From contig NC_068991.1 of assembly GCF_001194135.2 (NCBI RefSeq), positions 47,995,865 through 48,032,468 on the forward strand: DNA of 36,604 nt. Direction: 5' to 3'. This DNA is from Octopus bimaculoides (lineage: Eukaryota). This document shows, one piece after another, positions 1 to 10,209 of the stretch. A program made the translations under genes and the position numbers. Each line of letters starts with the position of its first letter. Positions within the stretch are counted from its first letter, which is position 1. The notes under the pieces are model-generated. The model had not been told where the DNA came from, did no database searches, and saw only the letters and a program-made list of their open reading frames with translations.

Positions 1-392
1 TTTTTCTTTCATTTGTGTATGTTGTATCCTATCTAGTTCATTGACTCCTAAATACTTGTATGGTTGGCTTTCGTCTAGTTCTTTTATTTCATTGGCTTTA
101 TCTAGTGTTATATTGCTACTTTTAACTAATTTTCCTCTTTTCAGGGTTGCTTTGGCACATTTTTCTAATCCGAATTTCATATCTATTTCCTTGGTAAAGC
201 CGTGTACTGTCTGTAGTAGTGTTTCTAGCTCTTTGTCATTTTTAGCATATAATTTTAGGTCATCCATATATAGAAGGTGGCTGACTGTTTTTCCGTAGCA
301 TTTGTAACCGCATCCAGTTCTATTTAGCAATTCAGTTAAAGGTGTGAGTGCCAGACAGAACTTGAGTGGAGAGAGCGTGTCTCCCTGGAATA
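1..392 (-). mobile_element. R4/Dong-clade non-LTR retrotransposon, 5'-truncated RT fragment (runs off window start)
   Basis: The minus strand translates to GIFQGDTLSTQVLSGTHTF with a small frameshift to consensus LSPLLFCLALTPL, then LLNRTGCGYKCYGKTVSHLLYMDDLKLYAKNDKELETLLQTVHGFTKEIDMKFGLEKCAKATLKRGKL...YKYLG. The QGD and YMDD motifs are present. It closely resembles the + strand copy at 25137-25530. Confidence 0.9.
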
Positions 393-450
393 TTCTTCTT
401 CTTCTTCTTCTTCTTCTTCTTCTTCTTCTTCTTCTTCTTCTTCTTCTTCT
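393..450. repeat. (TTC)n/(GAA)n microsatellite
   Basis: About 19 perfect TTC units directly abut the LINE 5' truncation point. Confidence 0.97.
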
Positions 451-660
451 ATAACTGTTCAATATTTGGTAGATTGAGGCAAATTTCTACTGCATCACAT
501 GCTACACCTCCCTGTTGGTGGGGTGTATGCAGCATTGTGTGTTCTCTGCTGTTGGGAATGTGCGAACTCTTCCCGGTACTGTATTGCATTAGCATTTTTT
601 CCTTGAGGTGTAGTGCTGTCTTTTGTTGTGTTACTGCTTGTATTGTGTGTTGAGCGTGTA
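451..660 (-). mobile_element. Possible degenerate 3' end of another R4-like LINE with (GAA)n tail
   Basis: The minus strand gives QKTAL..L.EKML, resembling the R4 C-terminal QKTALLGTARILRKVL seen at 25790-25850. The following caatacagtac and terminal tattgaac resemble the 3' UTR at 18840-18950. Similarity is weak. Confidence 0.3.
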
Positions 661-1309
661 ATGCTTTGGCTCAAAGATAAATTTTTAGCTTGCATAAGAA
701 AAGTGAAACGATTTGAACGAAAAATCGAAACTCAATTCTGAATCTCGCTATTTCGCCATCTTAACTCTTCACTATTGTAATCATTATTTTGTACGTGTGA
801 TAATGGTGGTGCACAATGTTATCCTGGATATACAAAAGGATGAGCTAGTAACAGCAAGAATATCCTTGGCTATAAATCTCAATTAAGACTCACTTAGCGT
901 TAGGTGAACTTGACTGTTGACAACACATCATCAAAAATAGGAAACAAACCCTCATATTTTTTAAGGGACAACAAAATGGAAAGTTGTGATATCTATGCCT
1001 CTCCAGGGTAAGAGTGTTAATTACACGAGTGAAGTGAAATATTTTGCATGAAATATCGAAATTCGATTGTGATTTTCGATACTCTACTGTCTTATTTCTT
1101 CTTCACTGTACTCATTATAGTCTACACATTATAGTGGTGGTCGTGATAAATCCCAGTTAGACTGAGGAGTTGGGAAACACAACCATCATGTAATGTATCT
1201 AGACTTGATACTTGAGGAGTTTCACAGTTGGACTTCTAATTGTAGGTACTGTCTCGAGTCCTAGTACTAATAAGGTCAGCTATTCAATTTCAATAGGCTA
1301 TAAGTGACT

Positions 1310-1480
1310 GAAATGTCAAAACTCTCCATGAACAGGACGCCAGTCCGTCTCATAGCTACTCATTTATAGCTGAGTCAACTGAGGGAACGTAAGATGAAGT
1401 GTTTTGCACTTCCGGGAATCGAAACCATACTGTTGCCATCATGTGCTCAACAACCATACAACTAGACTACGCGCCTTCAT
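1310..1480 (-). mobile_element. tRNA-derived SINE, degenerate (same family as 9561-9820)
   Basis: The reverse complement reads gaaggcgcgtagtctagt...ggtttcgattcccgg (B box)...aaaacacttcatcttacgt...aaatgagtagc...ggactggcgtcc. Confidence 0.65.
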
Positions 1481-1649
1481 GGAGCTCTGATGACTGGTGC
1501 GAAACATTAAGCAGCGGAAGAATGAAACACCCTGTTCAGTGACAGACCGTGGACCCAGTTTCCACTCCAGGAATGAATAAGCTCCGTAATATCTCTTATA
1601 TTGATAGAATCCAACATATGTAAAAATATGTATGTATACTCACATATGC

Positions 1650-1679
<30 letters not shown>

Positions 1680-1680
<1 letters not shown>

Positions 1681-1912
1681 CAATTGCAGCGTGGAAGGTG
1701 TTTATAAGCCATTTAAAATAACACACAAAAGCCGTCAGATTCACTTCAACATTTAAATTTAATTTGTCAAAATATTTTCGTCGTTTTGAGACCGCGACCT
1801 GTTCACTGAGCAGCACAATTTTTTCAGTGAACAGGTCGCGGTCTCAAAGCGACGAAAATATTTTGACAAATTAAATTTAAATGTTGAAGTGAATCTGACG
1901 GCTTTTGTGTGT
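1680..1912. mobile_element. Inverted pair of Penelope-like terminal-repeat segments (89-bp arms 1721-1809 and 1824-1912, 1 mismatch)
   Basis: The inverted repeat is read directly, with a 14-nt spacer. The Penelope assignment is inferred from the embedded hammerhead-like fold and the head-to-head arrangement. Confidence 0.6.
1817..1872 (+). ncRNA. Type I hammerhead-ribozyme-like motif with G3-C8 variant core
   Basis: Elements in order: stem I 5' strand ttttca (one mismatch); GTGAACA 1827-1833; an extra G; stem II GTCGC/GCGAC 1835-1839/1849-1853; GAAA 1854-1857; palindromic AAAATATTTT stem III; stem I 3' strand tgacaaa 1864-1870. Confidence 0.5.
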
Positions 1913-2889
1913 NNNNNNNNNNNNNNNNNNNNNNNNNNNNNNNNNNNNNNNNNNNNNNNNNNNNNNNNNNNNNNNNNNNNNNNNNNNNNNNNNNNNNNNN
2001 NNNNNNNNNNNNNNNNNNNNNNNNNNNNNNNNNNNNNNNNNNNNNNNNNNNNNNNNNNNNNNNNNNNNNNNNNNNNNNNNNNNNNNNNNNNNNNNNNNNN
2101 NNNNNNNNNNNNNNNNNNNNNNNNNNNNNNNNNNNNNNNNNNNNNNNNNNNNNNNNNNNNNNNNNNNNNNNNNNNNNNNNNNNNNNNNNNNNNNNNNNNN
2201 NNNNNNNNNNNNNNNNNNNNNNNNNNNNNNNNNNNNNNNNNNNNNNNNNNNNNNNNNNNNNNNNNNNNNNNNNNNNNNNNNNNNNNNNNNNNNNNNNNNN
2301 NNNNNNNNNNNNNNNNNNNNNNNNNNNNNNNNNNNNNNNNNNNNNNNNNNNNNNNNNNNNNNNNNNNNNNNNNNNNNNNNNNNNNNNNNNNNNNNNNNNN
2401 NNNNNNNNNNNNNNNNNNNNNNNNNNNNNNNNNNNNNNNNNNNNNNNNNNNNNNNNNNNNNNNNNNNNNNNNNNNNNNNNNNNNNNNNNNNNNNNNNNNN
2501 NNNNNNNNNNNNNNNNNNNNNNNNNNNNNNNNNNNNNNNNNNNNNNNNNNNNNNNNNNNNNNNNNNNNNNNNNNNNNNNNNNNNNNNNNNNNNNNNNNNN
2601 NNNNNNNNNNNNNNNNNNNNNNNNNNNNNNNNNNNNNNNNNNNNNNNNNNNNNNNNNNNNNNNNNNNATACAACTAGACTACGCGCCTTCATGGAGCTCT
2701 GATGACTGGTGCGAAACATTAAGCAGCGGAAGAATGAAACACCCTGTTCAGTGACAGACCGTGGACCCAGTTTCCACTCCAGGAATGAATAAGCTCCGTA
2801 ATATCTCTTATATTGATAGAATCCAACATATGTAAAAATATGTATGTATATATGTATGTGTGTGTGTGTATGTAAACACATACACGAAT

Positions 2890-3053
2890 GAATTCCACAC
2901 AGTTTCCACCTACCAAATTCACTTAGAAAGCGTTAATTAGTCCGGCCGAGGCTATATCAGAAGGTACCGACCCAAAGTGCTACGCAATGAAACTTAACCC
3001 GAAATTTCGTGGTTTCGATGCGAACTTCTTAACCACACAGCTATATCTGCGAC
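2890..3053 (-). mobile_element. 5' half of a tRNA-derived composite SINE (family of 13044-13535 and 35233-35664)
   Basis: The segment cagtttccacctaccaaattcac...aacttcttaaccacacagc aligns with the head of the other copies. Confidence 0.75.
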
Positions 3054-3298
3054 TAATATCTAATTATATATTTCCATTTTAATATTCAAATTACACTCGT
3101 TTTAAAATCACTGTAATATTTTCTCTTTATATTCAGCTTCCATATCTCTATTCTATATTAATTAATTTCTTATGGAATTATTTTTTTTTCTCAATCATCC
3201 TAATGTTAATCTCGGTATTTGTTCGATTGTCCAGTGTGGAATGTATTAATTATTGTCTCAAGCACGCAGCCTAAAATCTTTAGAGGAGAGAGAAAGAC

Positions 3299-3299
3299 A

Positions 3300-3378
<79 letters not shown>

Positions 3379-3414
3379 TACTATATGTGTATGTATATAT
3401 ATATATATATATAT

Positions 3415-3487
<73 letters not shown>

Positions 3488-3498
3488 GAGAGAGAGGA
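3299..3498. repeat. Compound microsatellite (ATCT)n-(TA)n-(AG)n
   Basis: Read directly. Confidence 0.95.
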
Positions 3499-3585
3499 GA
3501 GGCATAATCGATTTAAATCAGATGCTGTTACTTCAGTTTTATTGTATCGAACTAATGCCAGGGCCTCTCTACGATCGGTATCTCT

Positions 3586-3778
3586 GCTAGAAGTTGCAGC
3601 CAAATGTCTCTCAGACTCCATCAGTCCTCTTAGAAAAGGAAGGGTACATAAGATAGTGTAGTCTTAAATACACTATCTACACATTCTAAAAATTAGATGG
3701 AATAGTCATGGTTGGAATGCTTCTGATCATTGGCTTGCTTGATTCGGACCAATCTTGTGCTACATAACAACAACAACT
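3586..3778 (+). mobile_element. SINE 3' part ending in (CAA)n
   Basis: gcagccaaat...aaaaggaagggtacat...ggttggaatgcttctgatcat...ctacataacaacaacaac; a related tail lies at 19170-19260. Confidence 0.55.
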
Positions 3779-4461
3779 GGTATTTGCAATTTCGATGACA
3801 TTTGAACTCACAGGTAATTTTAGATATAAATGTAGCAGTTATAATTTTACTTTTTTCAAATTTCATGGTTTTTATACAAAATACTGAAGTGAATACTAAT
3901 TTCCAAATTAAATCTATTTAAATTAAATATATATTGAAAAAGAAAACCGTTGGAAAACAGTTTATAGCAGAGACTCCAGCTAAGAAGATCTGAAGAAGGA
4001 ATTGTAATTCCGAAATGTCATCGGACTATAGATAACCATATTACAACAGGTATATAGTCCATTTTTTTTGTTTTATAGTGCATTGTTGTACCATTCTAAA
4101 CTTTTTATTCTTTACAAACAATACACAATGCTTCAAGCGAACTACAATATTCTCCTAAATCTATCTATTAAACTAAAATAAAATTTAAACAAATTCCTGA
4201 TTTACATTTTTGTTCCAAATATAGGTTATTGATAACAATGATACTGTTTACCAGTTAATTACATATGTAACATTGTTCGATGTTACTAACAGTAGCGAAA
4301 GTATATTCCCAACATTAACTTTGACAATTAACTCTCTAGTTTACATATAATAACCAAGGGAGATAAATCCAATAATTTCAAAGATACATTTCTTTATGGG
4401 GATGGACAAACAGATGGAAGCAATACTGTCAATTATATTAATAGATATTGAAATTTCTTAC

Positions 4462-4602
4462 ATCGTCCTTGTAACATTCACTGCAGTAATAAAGACAAGC
4501 ATCTACAGGACTGATGTCATTGGAATTTGGTCTAATCGCTTCCGCCGTTGACATCATGCAAGCTTCTAATGCAAGCAGTACTGTGAGAATTGTTAAACTC
4601 AT
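4462..4602 (-). CDS. Coding exon of a secreted Cys-rich peptide precursor, eclosion-hormone-like (partial; the exon spans 4628-4462)
   Basis: Acceptor ttttcttatttactattttcag ends at 4629 and a phase-0 donor GTAAGA starts at 4461. Translation: MSLTILTVLLALEACMMSTAEAIRPNSNDISPVDACLYYCSECYKDD. It has a hydrophobic signal peptide ending in A-E-A, then C-x3-C-x2-C, the N-terminal Cys spacing of eclosion hormones. The frame is open back to the acceptor, so an upstream ATG is possible. Confidence 0.65.
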
Positions 4603-4849
4603 TCTGGATTTGGATATATATTCACTGTCTGAAAATAGTAAATAAGAAAATTACAGAAACAACGACAACAACAACAACAAACATTGCAGATAAACTTTTA
4701 TTTTTTATACAGGAATTTGTGAGACAAGGAAGGGTTCATGACCTTTGCAGGTAAGCGATTGCCGTTCAAGCAAACCGTGAAAACACGTGTTATTGATAGA
4801 TGTTTTATGTTTGCTCTGCGTTGTTATAAAGTCTTTCGTAAGCGTAATA

Positions 4850-5100
4850 TAGCTGGTTAGGAACTTCCTTTCCCAACCACGAGATATCTAGATCGATCTC
4901 ATTGCATACCATGTTAGGCTAATGCCATTTATTTTTTTCGACCCGTATCTTGTGAGGGAAATAGGGTAGACGGCTGGATTGTACCAGTAATTCTAATGGT
5001 ACAGTCTTGTCACGTACTCTAGAATTACGTTAATGGTACAGGTATCTATGGAATGTTCAGCCACTTAAATGTTAATTCATGAGCATGTTTGGTCGATTGA
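4850..5100 (+). mobile_element. Degenerate SINE (tRNA-like head plus tail shared with the 32339-32724 family)
   Basis: Head ggttaggaacttcctttcccaaccac; tail cttgtcac...agaattacgttaatggtaca...atggaatgttcagccactt. Confidence 0.5.
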
Positions 5101-6034
5101 ATATTTTGATATTTTGATTGACTATTTCACTCTTCATCGACGTACGACAGAGATCTACATTAACCCTCTGCCTGTCCTGTATATCACATGTGATGCACAG
5201 GAGATAATTCCCTGGTATCCATGTATCATATATGCATATGATACAGATTCCCAATTTTTCCATGCACCAGAGTAATTTGGGACTTATGAAGAGAAAGCTT
5301 TATAATTACTCAGAACGTATGAAACATGGGTTAACTAAAAGGACAAACTTATGAAAATGCTTTGGACAGGCAAAGAGTTAAAATTCTTTAGTTCTATACA
5401 CGGTAGAATCCGTTTATGAAGAGAAAAAGATAAGGAAAATTATTTACACATTGCAGCAGGTTCATTCTTGAGATTTACCATTTCCAACATTTTACACAAA
5501 GCATGATGTGATTTTGAAGACATAGGAATACCATTTGCAAATGCTATTTGCTTATACCTTGAATCAGAATTACTATTCTGACTCACAAATCGTCTGTTGA
5601 ACGAGGTTTACTTCAATAATTTTTTTCTTTTATATGATCCAATTAAATAAAGTTGAAATAATTGTTAATTTTGTTTTTCAAAATGTATAAACAACTGTTT
5701 TTAGATTTATGACAATATACATACAAATACATGCATTTTAAAGTTTATCTGTACAGATTTTCTATAGAATTCAGAGCCAGCGCTGGAAGTTAGGACGTTT
5801 CGTATACGAATACGTCTATGTAAATAATGCGGAAGAAAAAACAATAAGTGATGGGTGTATATGCATACTACAGGAGTTCTTGTTCCTTCTTCAGCACTAC
5901 ATCCAACCTACTGACTATCAACAAATACATTGCTTAAATAGTCACTAAAGTTAGCAATATGTTTAATATGTAAATTGTTACATATTAAACACATGCCCGG
6001 CAACTGATACGTACCAGAAAAGCCTACCAGCAAT

Positions 6035-6277
6035 AATATATGCATATACATCCTTACATAAAGACGTACATACATACATACATACACACATACATACATG
6101 CATACATACATACATGCACACATACATATATGTGTATATATATATATATGTATACACATACACACACATATGTTTGTATCTATTGATACACATATACGTA
6201 TTTAACATATACATATATATGTATGTATGTATGCATGTATGTACATACTTGTATATTTATGTATGTATCTCTCTCTC

Positions 6278-6315
<38 letters not shown>

Positions 6316-6346
6316 TATGCATATGTATATATATACGTATATATAA

Positions 6347-6404
<58 letters not shown>

Positions 6405-6440
6405 CTGTATGCATATATATCTATACATGCACACATACAC
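6035..6440. repeat. Compound (TACA)n/(TA)n/(TC)n microsatellite tract
   Basis: Read directly; it is the source of several spurious ORFs. Confidence 0.95.
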
Positions 6441-6814
6441 ACATCTAATGATGCACGGTTAAACATCCATTAATGCTATATCACCTAAAGGAATGAATCT
6501 ATGAAGATGTTCTTCTCGATGCCCACGGATACTACGGACTACGCTGTAATCATCTCAGGAATATGCACTGTAATCTTCAGAGACATGTGATCTATGGAAA
6601 CCCGCATAGCGATGCATTAAAATATTTATATTCCATCCAAGGATTATTGTCATTATTAGTATATTTATCCTGCATTATATTGGTACAGCTTCGTGCAAAT
6701 CCCCAAAACTGGTTCACCAGTCAGCATCATTAGACTGTAACCCGCATAATGGCATAGAAGCTTTATTTGTGTATATATCCTTATATATGCATATATTATA
6801 TATATACGTTTATG

Positions 6815-6855
6815 GTGTGTGTATGTGTGTGTGCGTGCGTGTGTGTGTGTGTGTG

Positions 6856-6924
<69 letters not shown>
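6815..6924. repeat. (GT)n microsatellite
   Basis: Read directly. Confidence 0.95.
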
Positions 6925-6926
<2 letters not shown>

Positions 6927-7649
6927 ATGAGTGAGTGTGTGTCTGTGATTTCATATCTGAAACGCTGTGATATTGGAATCGACAGCTTTTATGGTAGTTT
7001 AGTTCTATAAAGGTCAACTTCAGGTTAAATAACAACAATATAACTGGCATGGAGTTAAGCAACAACTACGGCAATTATAGAAATAATGGAATTCTGTCGT
7101 TTCATATAAATATAAAACTCCGTTATCTTCAGCTCTACGGCTTAGCGACTCCAAAGCCTGTTTGAATTATTTATTTAACAATAACATTTCGGAATATATA
7201 TTAACTAGTTACTATGTTCACCATGCAATTATACATGCCTATACACGCAGACATACAAAAGCGCAAACGTTCATATAAACAGGCACAGTCAATGAGTTTG
7301 TGTATGTATATATATTTGTGAGTGTATATATGTGTACGTGTGCATGTGTATTTGTGCGTGCGCATGCGTGTTTAGTAATTTAAGCTTGAAACTTATGCGT
7401 AAAGTCCCGTAACGTTTAATGCATTTGTTGGGTACGTGGCTTTGCAATAAATTAGCTAATTTTCCGAAGAAGATTAGTGTTAGCGTCGAATAAGACATAT
7501 TGTGTGATGTGTCACATATAGGCCTGAAATCCTATCAAACATACACACGTACACACACACAAGCAATCACTAATACCACTTTTCTTTCAGATCTTCCAGA
7601 AACATGTTCAAGCGCTACGCATACACACTCTCAATCACACACACACACA

Positions 7650-7692
<43 letters not shown>

Positions 7693-7769
7693 GTACTTAC
7701 TTGCTTAATACATTTAAAGCTAATGCATTCACACACATATGTCAAGCACAATATAGTCGAATAGTTATG

Positions 7770-8035
7770 AAGTTCGCTTAGCAACTACGAGGCAAGGGTT
7801 CGATCTTATTGCCTAGCATTTTGAACAAATGTCATATACTATATTCTCGTGTTGACCCATACCCAGTGAGAGAAATTGGGTTGACAGAAACTGTATAAAA
7901 GCCTGACAAAGTAGATTGTTCTTGTAATTCACTAGGTACAACCTTGTCATACATAGTATCACGCTGATTCTGCCCGAAAATTACGTTACGGTTACACATG
8001 TCTATGGAATACTCAGCCACTTATGCGTTAACTCT
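7770..8035 (+). mobile_element. Degenerate SINE remnants
   Basis: 7920-8035 (ccttgtcatacatagtatcacgctgattctgcccgaaaattacgttacggttacacatgtctatggaatactcagccactt) matches the reverse complement of 32390-32510. Confidence 0.55.
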
Positions 8036-8076
8036 CATCTTCAAACGACAGAGATTCACCACCATTATCATCACAA

Positions 8077-8120
<44 letters not shown>

Positions 8121-8402
8121 ACACATGAGTTACTGTATTTGCATCTGAATGAACAGAAGTGCTATTTAGTAATACAAACGAGAGTCAAACGGCTAATATG
8201 AATATTTAATTCCACCTCATGCAGAGTTTCAAGTCACATACAGTCGTTCACGTAATATTAAAATTAATACAAAACTCTACAGCATAATATTTTGGTAGTT
8301 TATTGTATAAAATGTCAAAATACGTTCTAGAATTTTATCGGTAGGTATAAGACGAAATAATTCTTTTTTGGAATATTTCGACTCACAGACAAAGCTATAA
8401 AT

Positions 8403-9050
8403 AATCCTTTCTACCATAAGTACAACTCCTGAAACTTTGGGAGATTATATCGACCTCAGAGTTCAACTGGTTCTTATTTTATTGACCCTGAAAAAATTCC
8501 TCGGTGGAATATGAACTTAAAGCGTAAACGCCGAAGAAATGTCGCTAAGCATTTTTGTCCGGCATGCTAACGATCCAGCCAGCTTGCCGCCTTACATAAA
8601 AAAAGTTATAAATAAGGATTTCAATTTTTTGCACAATGCCAGAAATTCCGGGCAAGGGTCTAGTCGATTACACCTACTCCAGTACATGACTGATGCTTAT
8701 TTTATTGACTTGGAAAAGATGAAAGCCAAAGTCTATCTTGGCAGATTGACGAAATACTTAAGCATTTTGTCCGGCGTATTAACTATTCTGCTAATCCGCC
8801 GCCTTACATAAAATAAAAAAATAAAAATAAAAAAAAAATAATGCCAGAAATAATCCTTACTACTATAGGCACAAGGCCTGAAATTTTTGGGGAGAGGACT
8901 AGTCAATTATATCGACCCCAGTGTTTCATTGGTACTTGATTTATCGACCAACCCCGAAAGGAGGAAAGGCAAAGTCCGTCTCAGTACGTAAGGACGGACG
9001 AAATGCCACTAAGCATTTTGCCCGGCGTGCTAACGATTCTCCCAGAAAAT
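8403..9050 (-). mobile_element. Three head-to-tail copies of tRNA-derived SINE family A (about 8403-8593, 8625-8807, 8853-9045)
   Basis: Each copy has variants of ggcacaaggcctgaaattt, atatcgacc, gaaaggcaaagtc and ctaagcattttgcccggcgtgctaacgattc...gccgcct. Confidence 0.9.
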
Positions 9051-9414
9051 CGCCATAAATGATAGCATGTAAATATTAGGTTGAAAAGCACCTTTTGGAT
9101 AGAAAAAGTCGAAAGCTGCCCGTAGGTCACGAACCAGCAATGAAACAAATTTAATGTAACTGTATATATGTGTGCTTTAAATGATTACCACAACTCTTTT
9201 ACAGAGTAATTCGTAGTGGTAGATTTCGTCGTTCAACGATAAGGGTTCAAGTTCTTAATCAATTGAAAAATCTACTCCTGAATTAATGTGTAAGTGGTCG
9301 AACATTTCACAGAACATTTATCTTTAACGTAATTCTTAAGTAGAATCAGAATCAATGTGACACAGTATGTAAAAAGCTAATACCATTTCAATTACAGATA
9401 CACATTACCCGATA

Positions 9415-9558
9415 GGTTGCTATATAGTTTCCGTCCGCCCAAATTCACTTACAAGAAAGGGATTAACTCGAGGTTAGAGAAAATGAAAACAGCCTGCCAC
9501 GCGGTGGTATCGAAACTAGGAACCTAGAGGTTGTGAAGCGAATTTCGGATATACTACA
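9415..9558 (-). mobile_element. Degenerate head of composite SINE
   Basis: agtttccgtccgcccaaattcacttacaag...gccacgcggtggtatcgaaact matches 35520-35630. Confidence 0.6.
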
Positions 9559-9560
9559 CG

Positions 9561-9820
9561 GTGGAGGCGCGTGTCTTAGTGGTTAGGGTGTCAGCATCAT
9601 GATCGTAAGATTGTGGTTTCGATTCCTGGACCGGGCGACGCGTTGTGTTCTTGAGCAAAACACTTCATTTCACGTTGCTCCAGTCCACTCAGCTGGCTTA
9701 AATGAGTAACGCTGCGATGGACTGGCGTCCCGTCGAGCTGGGGAACACATACGCCATTGAAACCGGGAAACCGGGCCCATGAGCTTGGCTAGGCTTTGAA
9801 ATGGCGTATTTATTTTATTT
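9561..9820 (+). mobile_element. tRNA-derived SINE with CORE-like central domain
   Basis: A box ggcgcgtgtcttagtggttagg; B box ggtttcgattcc; centre gttgtgttcttgagcaaaacactt...aaatgagta; T-rich tail. Confidence 0.85.
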
Positions 9821-9854
9821 TTACACCTACACGATGTAAGTTTATACATATACA

Positions 9855-9894
<40 letters not shown>

Positions 9895-10102
9895 TATATA
9901 TTTAGAAGAATAAAATGGGATTTAAAAATCTTAATAGATATCAAGTAAGCACGCAGTATAAAGGTATAAGTTAAAATTTCCAACGAGTAAGATACCAGTA
10001 AATGGATGTAGAATACAAATGCCAGGTAAAAAGTCCTCATGTATCGCAGGTAACTCCAACAATCCTTATACAGAATTTTAAGAAATCCAGTGTATTAACA
10101 AT

Positions 10103-10174
10103 AATCAATAATATGTACGAAAAAAAATCATATCTTTATTGTAGATCACACCTTAAAAATCCAACAATTGTTTC

Positions 10175-10209
<35 letters not shown>

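Larger units (their letters stand above)
1456..2850. repeat. 183-bp identical direct duplication (1456-1638 = 2668-2850) on either side of the N-gap 1913-2667
   Basis: Both copies are identical from atacaactagactacgcgcc to aaaaatatgtatgtata and diverge immediately afterwards. Confidence 0.95.

Noticed and set aside
1759-2881. Long ORFs across N-gaps (also near 14.3-15.2, 15.5-15.9, 17.0-17.4, 26.9-27.7 and 30.1-30.7 kb)
   Set aside because: They consist of X residues from assembly gaps plus microsatellite translation.
5908-6466. YI/CV/HT-repeat and poly-I/poly-N ORFs here and throughout the window
   Set aside because: They are translations of (TA)n, (CA)n, (TATG)n and (AAT)n tracts.
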